The notes beneath the pieces are model-generated. The model saw only the letters and a list, made by a program, of their open reading frames with translations. It had not been told where the DNA came from and did no database searches. A stretch of DNA of 64,000 bases, taken from positions 1 through 64,000 of the forward strand of contig NW_020846942.1 in assembly GCF_003704095.1 (NCBI RefSeq), read 5' to 3'. Made by a program: the position numbers and the translations under genes. Of the stretch, positions 1 to 10,669 are shown piece by piece. Positions within the stretch are counted from its first letter, which is position 1; the number at the start of each line of letters is the position of its first letter. This DNA is from Pocillopora damicornis. Lineage: Eukaryota.

Positions 1-144
1 TGACTCTCTCAGAGGCAAACACCGCAGATGTCTCTCTTTCCAGCTGACTAGTCACTCAGTGTTGCTCCGTGAGCAATATTTGAACAGTTGTTACTTATTT
101 TCTTTTGATGTTGGCCCTGGTTACACATTCTGATAATTGCATGT

Positions 145-1800
145 GGCGGAAACTTTTTGCGCTTATAAATTCTCCCGGAATTTAGATAAACCGAGGCGCA
201 GATTGTGAGTCGAATTAAATTAACAAAGCCAAAGGGGAGGAAGCAATTTAAAAGGATACGAGTACAAAGAAATTAACTTAAATAAAATGATAGAAAAGAA
301 AAATAAGTTAGCTTTTCAATGAATGAAATTTGGTTTTGTGGACGGACAAAATAATTTCTGTGTTCGTTTTGAAGAAAGTAATGTGTCCTAAAGCTTTACA
401 AGGATATGACTTGGAAGAATCTAGAGAACATAAGTAGAAATATTAAGATTGATGATGATAATGACAGTCTCTCAAAAATCAGCACTTTTCATCTTATAAT
501 TTCTCCCAGAACTTTAGATAAACCGAGGCGCAGATTGTGAGTCTTAAGAAATTAACAAAACGAAAGGAGAGGAAGCAATTTAAAAAGATAGGAATAAAAA
601 GAAATTGACTGAAATAAAATGATAGAAAAAAGAAAAAACAATTGTTCGTTTGTTAGTTGTTTCGTTTTGTTTGCAGCTTTTTAGTTCTCTTATCTGTTGA
701 GGCGCGCCATTTAAGTCAGATCATCTCCTTGGTGACAATAGTTTTGACGGACAGGGAATCTACTTCTACACTTGTATGCATTACCCCACTTGGGCGTGGG
801 GTAATGCATTACATGAATTTTTTTTTATATTTTCTCTCTGATTTTCCTTAGAGCATTAGTAAAGGATTCCCATGATTTCGCACCCCTTTTTGCATCCTGT
901 CTGTTTTTGTTACGTCAGCGGTTGACCTCCAGAAGAGATCGCTGTTAAGTAAGGCTTCATTTTATTCAGGCATTAAGGAAGGGAGATGGTAGAAAAATCT
1001 TGCTTGTAAAAAGAAACGGTGATCCGGCCATTTACTGCAACTCCAGGTGATTTAGTCACATAGGCGAAGTTTTTACTTTGCGAAAAAAATATTCGTTACA
1101 ATTGATAAAAGAATACGAATGAAAATTCCTTCAACTCGTTCAACTTCTCGTAAACTCATCTCGATTCAAATATCAAGCTTAAATCTCCATCAAGTTTAAA
1201 TGAAACAATCTTCGATATGCCAGTTTGTAATTATAAGAAATTAAGTCCTATACAGTAGAATTGAAAAAAGGTTTATGTGATCTTTTTCATCTCTATGAGC
1301 TAAAATGATAGTTTACCAAAATCCCTAACATTTGCAGTTGTCGTGCGACTTGACCAATACCATTGCTACACACAGTATTGATTTGGAATTTTTTAGCTTG
1401 TTTTAATTTTGAGCAAGAAAAGCCTTAATGATCATGTAAAGCGTACGATACAATAGTGTCGGGGTTTTGGGTTACAGCAATAATTTACAGAGAAAAAGGA
1501 AAATTTTATCAGCTAGAGGAAACTGTCATTGTCCATACAGGCCTTAGTGGCTGTTGTTACACAGTTGTCTTCGGAGTTGTTACTGCTGATGATGACAATG
1601 TCTGTGTGCTTATTGCCTTCCAAGATAACGAGACTATTTGTTTTTCAAGTTCTCCGTTTGTCATTTGAGTTATTTTATCTCTCTCGGCTAAAACTTTTTT
1701 TTATCATCACCATTATCATTATTATTCTAATCATTATTATTATCGTTGTTTTCTACTTTCAGTTTCTTTATTATAATTTTTCTTTCCAGATCTGGGACAT
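145..1800 (+). pseudogene. Inverted, decayed partial duplicate of the 3' part of calpain-5 copy B (intron 10 to the start of exon 13)
   Basis: Colinear similarity to the reverse complement of ~10843-12705. It has an intron-10 match from ~145, an exon-11 copy at 852-948 (tag|agcattagtaaaggat...gttgacctccagaagaga...aa|gtaagg) that lacks the KGSKICCC segment, an intron-11 match to ~1230, an intron-12 match at ~1535-1789, and ttccag|atctgggac (IWD) at 1790. No exon-12 copy is visible. Confidence 0.85.
163..637. repeat. Imperfect direct duplication of ~145 bp (copies ~163-305 and ~493-637)
   Basis: Both copies read cttataa..ttctccc.gaa.tttagataaaccgaggcgcagattgtgagtc...gaggaagcaatttaaaa.gata...aaataaaatgatagaaaa. 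Confidence 0.85.
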
Positions 1801-2147
1801 AATAAATCAATATCGGAGCTGATATTGCCGTCATCATCATTATTATCATTACCATTACCATTATTATTACTTCTGTCATCATTATATATTTATTTATCTA
1901 TTAAAATTGTTATTACTGACGATGTCATTTCCTTGGTCCATAACAGTAGCTTTGTAAATATGACAAACTATTGCGAGGAAAAAAACCTTGAGGATTTAAG
2001 AATTCAAGAACCTATCATGCTGTTTTATCTACAGATTGCACGCATTTAAAGACTATTTCCTTCAATCTAAACAGTTATAAATCACAGCAGTAAAATGGTT
2101 TTTAGCTATACAGTTTTAATCCATGTTCTGGTCATAATCTTGATCTT

Positions 2148-3258
2148 CTACAGCACAGTTGTCAAATTATCAAAAGAAGCAAGACCTGAAGAAGTGACCA
2201 TTTCCTCCACATTTGCATAAAGACTTGGTTCATACTTTGACATATCCACATAGTGCTGAAAAAATGGCATGGAGTTAAAAGACATCTAATACTGCAACAT
2301 TCAAAAGATGTAGTGAGGAAATCCTAACAACGGAGACCCTTACTCTATAAAATTAATAAGCCTTCTTATTATTCGACTATGAACACATTGCAGCTCCTAC
2401 ACACTATTTCATAGGGTCGGCAACTAGCCGCTACTAAAACATTCTTGAAGAATAAGTATATATAGGCCTTTCACAGTAGAATTTGATACTATACAGATTA
2501 TTTCTATCCTCTGCCAGTTACTTTGGGAAATTCGTGCCCCTACTGTCCACATATGGAGGCTTGCCATTCGCAACCAATGGCAATTTTAAGCCACGCAATG
2601 GATCAAATTCAGACTTGACTAAATGGAACGCTTTTTGAGATAGCATGAATAGACAAGCAAATCAGGAGAGTATTTTGTCTAATGTTAATAGTTACCTCTT
2701 CCTGCAAAAACCCAGTCATTACTTCATGAAGATGATCGAACGTGGGTCTGGCGTCAGGGTCTTCGTTCCAACAATCCGCCATAAGCTGATATCTACAGAT
2801 TAGGGGTATCGAAGGAAAAAAACAGGACCAAAAATTTATTGTCGACCGGGTAATTTGATCATAGGTATGACTGTTTAAAAATTTTTGGCCAGTTTCGTCA
2901 TTGCCTTTGGGAACCATTAAGGGCTTAGGAGGCGTTTGTCAGTTTTGATCGGCTAGGTTCAATGGGTCCGTTCAGTTCTAAAGTTTTATTCACTATTCAG
3001 TTATATTGCTAATTTTTAAAGAAATTTGTTTTGAGATAGCTAAAAAGACGACATAAAATTATTTTCTTGCCTCTTGTAGGGATATAATTTAGGCGACAAT
3101 AAAAGATAGAAATCCATACGAGTCACCAATCTTATAAGATTGGTTAATTCGCACTTACAGTTCATCACTGACATGTTCTGGTTGAGGCATCCGATATTTG
3201 TTCACTTTCAGTTCATACACAACTTTCCATTCGTTCCACCCTGGATAAGGCACGCCTC
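2148..3258 (-). CDS. Receptor tyrosine kinase (FGFR/RET-like), last three exons only: 3159-3258, 2696-2792, 2148-2255
   Basis: GT-AG exons with matching phases translate to GGVPYPGWNEWKVVYELKVNKYRMPQPEHVSDEL / YQLMADCWNEDPDARPTFDHLHEVMTGFLQEE / HYVDMSKYEPSLYANVEEMVTSSGLASFDNLTTVL*. These are tyrosine-kinase subdomains X-XI (PYPG, CW..RPTF) plus a Tyr-containing tail (YVDM, YANV). Confidence 0.9.
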
Positions 3259-3676
3259 CTATTAAAAGAAATGGTATCAAGTCGGTATATTTGGACGGGA
3301 AACCAGGAACACTGGGTTTAGTACACAAAACCAAGGTTTATGGTTATTGCCGGATATTCTTCCTTTTATACCCAAGGAGACTCATAAGTAAACATGGAAG
3401 TCTGGATCTGATGTACTCGACCTAGTTTTCGTGACGCACTTCCAAATGTGATGAAAACAAATAATGAGTGGATAATGGAAATCCCTTTTCTTTTAAGAAA
3501 TGGACTGATATTTCTATGGGTTAAGCCCTTTTTTAACTCAAGCACGAAAGCGGTAATTGCAAAAAAGTGTAACCGCAAGGGTGTAGAAAAATTGACAAGT
3601 TTTGGAGAAACCGTCATTCAGAAGTGCCTAACGACAAACAGTAGAGGTTTCATGAACAGTGTCAATACTGCATTTA

Positions 3677-3776
3677 NNNNNNNNNNNNNNNNNNNNNNNN
3701 NNNNNNNNNNNNNNNNNNNNNNNNNNNNNNNNNNNNNNNNNNNNNNNNNNNNNNNNNNNNNNNNNNNNNNNNNNNN
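3677..3776. other. Assembly gap (100 N, probably a placeholder of unknown size)
   Basis: Run of N. Confidence 1.
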
Positions 3777-3843
3777 GTTGTTGTTTCAGCAAGTACACTG
3801 GCCAAAAATTTCATCATTTTGCTTTGGTTTGTTTCATGCACAG

Positions 3844-6800
3844 AGTACTTCATTGTACCTGAAGAAATCCTTGCACGTGGTCCCTTGACATTACATGCTT
3901 ACAACAAGGCTCTCATGGAGGGAAAAACAAAAGTAAGAAGGTTGCCAATCATGTTAATTGGACAGGATCGAGCTGGAAAAACAAGTTTGAAAAAGTCACT
4001 CAAGGGAGAGAGGTTTAATGCCAATGAAAAGAGTACGTCAGGAATAGAGGTGGATCCCTCTCATTGTGAAGTAACCACCGAGGTATGGAAGCTACAAAAC
4101 CTCGATCAAAATTGTTGTTATACTCCCGCTACTTCATTTGAACATCAAGCAGCACGACTTGTTGTAAATGAATTGATTGATACAAACGAGATTTGTGGTG
4201 GTACAAATGGGCCACCAACTGACACTACACGGAATTCTCAGGCCAAATACTATCCCTCGGTGACCTGCGACAGCCTTCAATCAACGCACGAGATTAGCTA
4301 CTCAAATGACTCAGCCCAAGTGCAAGAGCAGGCCTTGACTGAACCTGGCATTTCTGAAGAATTAGTGGACTTAATTAGAAGTCAATTGTTCGAAGATGTT
4401 AAGTCAGACGGCGAGGAAGAGATTTATTCAACTCTGTGGGATTTTGGTGGGCAGCTGGTTTACTATGTCACACACCCTCTCTTTTTGACAAAGCGAGCTA
4501 TCTACATTTTAGCCTATGACCTCAGCAGGAATCCCAGTGATCTAGCTGGTCCATCCGAGAGACAAGGATTGTTTGGGAAAGTAGAAGACAGGTTTTGTTT
4601 GGAGACCAACTTTGACTACCTGGACTCTTGGATGTCATCTGTGGCTTCCTCAGTCGATAATTTTAACGGTCATCATTCAAATATCAGGCTATCTGACAAC
4701 CTTCCAGGAATGCTTCCCCCGGTTTTCCTGGTTTGTACTCATGCTGATCAAGCATATGGTGATCAGGATCCTGCCTCGCTGGCGGCCAGTATCTTTGGAT
4801 CTCTTCAAGGCAAACTGTACAGTTCCCACTTGTTTAAAAGTGTCTTTGCTGTAGATAACACAAAGGCGGGCTCCGCGCACGAGTGTCCAGAGGTCAAACG
4901 TTTAAGACGAGAAATCCTCTCCGTTGCTGAGGAGCTACCGCATGCCAAGGAGGACATTCCATTAAAGTGGCTAATGTTTGAAAAAGAACTACGCCTAAGG
5001 ATCAATGAGGGCATTAAATGGATTGCTTTTGAAGACGCAAGGCAAATTGCATTTGAAAAGTGCCATATTTCTGACGAACTAGAATTTACGACGTTGTTAA
5101 ACTTTTTACACGACCAGCGTATTGTGATTCATTTTTGTGACACACCGAGTCTAAACAAGATGATTGTTTTAGACATGCAGTGGCTTATCGATGTTTTCAA
5201 GAAGGTGATCACTGTTGAGCCGTATGGTGTGGAAGGAAGTCATTACAGAGACCTTTGGCTCAAACTTGAGAAAACTGGTAGTCTAGATGAAGAACTGCTT
5301 GCGCACGTGTGGGGCGCTTTGTATCAGCAGAGGGAAGTCTTCGAAAGTCTTATTCAAATCATGGAGAAGTTCAGCCTAATGTGCCAATGGCCATCGTCAA
5401 ATGACAGGAAGCAGTACCTTGTGCCGTCCATGCTTATGTCTTACCCGTCCGAAGACGTGGTTGGTCTTGTTGCAACTTCTCGACTTCCGTCTCTGTACAT
5501 CTCGTTCCACTCCCGTCAGGTTCCCACCAGCTTGTTTCCGCGAATGGTTCTACAGTTTTACCAATGGTGTTCTGAAGAATGGCCAAATTCATGCCAACCA
5601 CAACTATACCGCAATTTTGCGAGGTTCCTTGTCCTACCTAAGGAAGGTTGTTCTATCATTCTCGTTTGCCACTCTTCCTTCATCGAAGTCGTTCCTCACT
5701 GGGCATCAGGAGTTTGTAGTACCTCCAACGGTTCAAAAGGGAACGTCGATTTGCCTGCTGTTGTGTCTGATCAACCCCCTGATGTTCACGTCGCACGGGC
5801 CGTCAGAAGGCAATTGGGTTTGATGCAGGAATGTATGCGCAAGGAGTTCCCTTGGTTGAAAAACATGGGATGGCAGCTGAAAGTGCTCTGTTCGGTGTGT
5901 TGCCGGGGGAATTCCGTTGATTTTTGTCGCGACCATGGAGTGAAAAATTGTAGGCAAGAGCATTGCCTGCACTTCTGGTCAGAAGCCGATTTTCCTCGAG
6001 ACCAACAGTTCGTTGTTTGTGAGAGGTCTGCATGTGCTGCCGATCCCAGATTGGACATCAGGAAGTTTGCACCGTGGTACACCTTTCTGGATGAGCAAGT
6101 TAATGTAAATATATATGCTTATTATTGAATTGATTTTTGTTATTTTCATATTTCATTTTAACATCACAATTAGCTATCTTATTATCAGCAATATGGGGAA
6201 TAGTTTCACATTAAATCGAACGCGCATTAACTCAATAACTTAATTCGTATTCTTTTTGTGTATCTTTAGAAAGCGCAAGTTCATCATAACGACTATTTTT
6301 CAAGAAAACTTTGTTCTGTGGAGGGTGAGTTGGCCTGTTTCCCTTCGCCCAAAGATTTTGATAAACTTTATCATTGTTACAATTGTTGTTATATACTGCT
6401 ATTTTTATAGTTATTATTATTATCCTTATTTGAGTTAGGTCATTTCTTTTAATTAACAGAGTTTTCATATCTCATTGTAAATTAAGGTATGTTATATGTA
6501 AACTACCCTCCATCTTACCAAGACGCATCACGCTAGCTTATTATCAGTCGCTTAAAGAACTCTTTACCTTCAGGCTTTTCTTCTGTTCACTCTATTTTCT
6601 CTTTCTCGGTACAGAGAAGAAAGCAAACGAACTTGTTCTCTCGAGTGGTGCTGTTGAGTCCCTTCAGTCGAGGACTGATGCTTTAAGTGTTGTCGTTCCA
6701 ATTCTGGACAAGCTGCAGTTAAGCCAAGAGGCTTTGACAAATCCCGTACCTGAAACCACCGGAGTAGTCCGTTGCCTTGCCAGAATAGCTAAGAGAGAAA

Positions 6801-8365
6801 ATCGCACCGACGTAGTGAAGCATTTGAGGCAAATAACTTCAGCGGGAACTGCAGGTATTTTGTTCATTACTTCTTTGTTAACTATTATTCAAGACTTGGC
6901 GCCATTTTCTTTGTGTGTCGTAGACAAAAAAATTCAGCCTTCATAACGAGGGTGCTTCGAATGACATATAAATCTGAAATTGTTGTAATGACCAGGATGT
7001 CAAGTAAGCTTACGAACTTAAAGCTAATTGCCTGCTTGAGTTTTGTAGCAATAACATCTCGGAAAATCTGGTCAATCTATTTCCCGAACAGGCTAATACT
7101 ACTGAACATTTCTTCATTTGACTCAAATGACTATTTCCGCCCATCAAAGTCCTTTTTAGGGCTGCACTCACTCAGACAATCGACAATCGACAATCGACAA
7201 TCGACAATCGACAATCGACTAGAGTTAGATTTTAGCGATATAAACGTTAAGTTAAGCTTTTTTTTCTCTTTCGATTTTGCTTCCGTTTTTGTTTATTCAT
7301 TTGTGTCTATAGACCAGAGTTGATAACGTAAATTGGTCACCGTAAAGAGTTTCAAAGCTGATGTTTCGAGCGTTAGCCCTTTGTCAGAACGAAAGACGAA
7401 AGGCTAATCATTCCTATGCGCTCTGACGAAGGGCTAACGCTCTAAACGTCAGTTTTGCAAATCTTTACGGTGACCGATTTACGATTTCAACTCATTTGTT
7501 AATACTAAATTATCCTGTTATACTCTCTTACCGACGCAGCGCTACAGTTTCTTTAGAAAATTACCGCCTCTATAGAACGGAGTTGTCCGTTACCTTCTTT
7601 TCACCCTTTCGTTTTTCTCCAGGCGCTTGAATTGATGTGATTTCATGTCTTCCACAATTTTAGTATCCTTATGTATGAAACATTTTTCTTTTAGGTCCAC
7701 TTTTGCCCGAAGAACTCGGTCTTCAAGAAATTCCTCAGTCACAGATTGTGGAACTTACGATGAGCTTGAGTGGTAAAAAATCGTTAATTTCTCTAAAAAT
7801 TACATTCGTAATTTTATATGTTAGTCAATATTAAGCAAAAGTTACCAGGGATTACTTGGTCTTAGACCAAAAATTTTTTTAGCAACTTTTTTGTTATGGT
7901 AAGTCATATCTAGATAATGTCAAACGTCAAAATTTAAAATGTGATGTTTTTAGTCTACTCTCTCTGTTTTCTTTAATTTGTAACTTTTTGTAAAACGTAA
8001 ATGGAACGTTATTACCCAATGACTGTTGTCTCTTGATCTAGTACCCATCAAGCGGTTACCATGATGGGAAAGACTCTATGGGGGTGGGCCTTTCGTTCTT
8101 TCTTCTTTTAATAGTGCAGGCTTGTAACGATTCTTCCCAACACAAAGAATTGATTAATGTCCCATTCTCAGGTGGGGAAGAGTGGAAGCTGCTTGCAGAG
8201 AAACTGGGTCTGAAAGACACCGAGATCCGTTACCTTGACAAGAGAACCATGAATCCATGTCTTGAGGCTCTAGTGCACAGCCATCGGCAGCGTTTTATTG
8301 ACGTGGGTAGGCTTTACGATACCTTGATCGAATGTGAACAGCCCATTATAGCTGACTTGTTATAA
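3844..8365 (+). CDS. Roco family GTPase: ROC-COR, Cys-rich segment, C-terminal death domain; 5' end missing. Exons ~3844-6098, ~6615/6617-6854, 7695-7772, 8172-8365
   Basis: P-loop GQDRAGKTS, G2 STSG, G3 WDFGGQ, G4 THAD, G5 region DNT. COR signatures IPLKW, LNFLHDQRIVIHF, QWLIDVFKKVIT and YLVPSML. The last exon (EEWKLLAEKLGLKDTEIRYLD...VGRLYDTLIECEQPIIADLL*) is death-domain-like. The last three exons join in phase 1; the join after the large exon is less certain. Confidence 0.88.
7175..7216. repeat. Perfect heptamer tandem repeat (GACAATC)6
   Basis: Six consecutive copies in a Roco intron. Confidence 0.95.
7317..7570. mobile_element. Palindromic Penelope-like-element-derived repeat with degenerate hammerhead ribozyme cores
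   Basis: Inverted arms at 7317-7388 and 7422-7493 contain ctgacgaagggctaacgctc(t/g)aaacgtcag. This is the CUGANGA-stem-GAAA pattern of the minimal hammerheads found in Penelope-like element repeats. A shorter relative lies at ~54001-54057. Confidence 0.65.
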
Positions 8366-10669
8366 GAAACGAGCTATAGACCATTTCCTTTTTCGTAACA
8401 GTTCTAAAGTTAATTAGCAACAGACGTATTTGTGAGGGAGCATTGGATTCTAGGGCCGGTTGAACTACTGTTTGCAATTTAACTCCATTTTGGCGAAAAA
8501 AACCGCCGCTTCTTTTTTACCTTTTTTTTGGCTTTGTTTGACGATCTATTCCTCCCGTCTAACGTTTTCCCTCGCCTCTTATGTCTGCGCATCGGTCTCG
8601 AACAATTAAGTATTTTAAGACAAAACCATATTTATTAGTAAGACTGTAGTGACGATGCCACTGAATCATAAACTGCTATTCGGCTTTCAAAGTACGCTAT
8701 CAGTTTTTCTTTTTCTGGGTACCAATCATTTTGAGATGCCTGACATTGCTTTTTAATGCTGGAGTTGTATAAGCCATTCCTGCTCAGATGCAAGAGCGTA
8801 AGTCCTAGGAGAGTTCTAGCGAGGTCTAATGTTGGCAACAGAAATGCCGTGAAAAAAAAAAGTGAGTGGCATGAGACTAAATCGAAGGGCCATGCCTTCA
8901 AGAATAGTTTGCGTTCCTGATTGACTGGCGGCTTTCAGACGAACTTAGCAAGCGTCAATATCTCTTCATTAAAAAGGTTTATATCTTCAAAATTTTGAAC
9001 GAAAAAAAAAACTACGTTTATTAACCGTAGGGATATATTTACTTAAGTAAGGTTTATTTCCATAGTTTCCATAAGAAAACGCCATAACGTGTAGGGTCAG
9101 TTGAGGTACCTATTTTCTCCCAAGAGTATAAATGGGACCATCGAACTGTTGGGGAATTCCGACGAAAATGGCGTAGTCGGGGGTATAGGGGTATGGGTAT
9201 AGCAACGATTTTAATCCCTTAGTTTTTTTCCAAATGGTGTAAATTCCTGCAGTTTGTAGATAAGTAGAAAAAAGGGGCTTTATTGGCTCACGATCAACTT
9301 GCAACTTAAAAGGCTATAGCTTTTTGCTAGGAATTCATTTTGTAAACTTTATTAGACTGAATTCCTGAGAGGGAAAATACTTCTTGACTGAAGAAAGAGA
9401 CCTAACGGCTTGCTCTCTTCTTGTTTTCAAGATTCTTTTATTAAAGAAGTCTGAATTTCTTTTTCTGATTCTTTTGAAATTAAAGTAGCTCCAGCAGTTA
9501 ACGGAAGCTTAATTAGTTTATGTTATTAGCTTTTGTATAAAGTTTCACTTCCACATGAGAGGTGGATTGTTTATCTTTTCAATGCTGACCTCAAATAGCT
9601 TTCAGAAGGTAATAAAAGAGTTCTCACGAGGGTGCGCAGACGCTTAATAGAGCTTTCATCAAATAGCTTCGTTAGACGACGTCTTCAGCCCTCACGTGTG
9701 ACGTAGGTAGTCTGTTCTGCTATATATTCAAATGTTAACAAAGAAAAAAAAATAGAGAGCTATTTTTCTATAAATAATTACTTATTTCTGGTCACCAAGT
9801 GATCTCAAGGCAATTTCCGACTATCTGAAATTTTTTTATCATGTAGTGGTGTACAATCAAATTAGGAATAAATAGATACCCAAGATGTTATTCATTACCA
9901 CGCTGGTTGAATGAGCTTTTATTTTTTAAAAAATAACCACTCAAGAACTGATTCATTTGCATTAATCATCCTAACCGTTTTGGTAAAATACTTTTTATAA
10001 TGCTGCATTTACTCTCGTTAATAAATTTGTGTTTTGCATAGTAATATGGCTATTTTCTTATTTTATCAATCAGTTTTTCTGCAAGCAGAGTGGTACATTT
10101 TGATTTAACTATTATAAAAAGGATTCTTATAAACACAAAGTTAAATCGACGATTAAGGTTCAAGCACATGATAACAACGAGGAAGAGATCGGTGAACCAT
10201 CTTCAGGAGACCATAATACTTTTTTCCATGGTTTACTTGACTACCATTTCAGCCCGAAACCAACCGTACCGGAGCGTCATTGTCCAAGTCTGGTTTCATA
10301 GAGTTACACTCTGGAATCGGAGTATGTGAAGAATTAAGAGGGCTTTATAAGCGCATCCTTCATGCTAAAGGAGACAGCAATAACGGCTTCGGCAATTGGG
10401 AAACAAGTACCGGAACAGACTTGATAAGAAGTAAAATACATTAATAGCTGAGCTAGCCAGAGCATAGTCGTTTTCGTGTGTGTACATTTGTTGCGTGTGC
10501 AAGCGTAACACCGTAGACCTGAGCTGGGAGCGAATACGGTTGAATGATGCAGCCTCCATAATTTTCCTTGAGCCTATTCCTTTTGAATTTGATGATTTTC
10601 TCCGCACTGTCAAGGATTGCCAAACGGCCCATATCTTCCATGGCCATTTTTTCTGAAGGCGCACTGAAA

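Noticed and set aside
3366-3617. Further kinase exon upstream of 3258
   Set aside because: No SDVWSFG or other kinase motif was found in any frame.
3448-3888. ORFs spanning N runs (also 20864-21307 and 51726-51911)
   Set aside because: They are open only because N codons cannot be read as stops.
4612-6082. Overlapping alternative-frame and antisense ORFs inside the Roco exon
   Set aside because: Shadow ORFs of a long coding exon with no recognisable motifs.
7175-7216. Regular short repeats as a CRISPR-like array
   Set aside because: Head-to-tail heptamers with no spacers, in a eukaryotic intron. No repeat-spacer array was seen anywhere in the window, including near the VapD/Cas2-like ORF.
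9150-9160. NF-kB-like site GGGGAATTCC, and similar sites near 13146, 48799 and 63867
   Set aside because: Isolated short matches, mostly not at a mapped promoter, and expected by chance in 64 kb.
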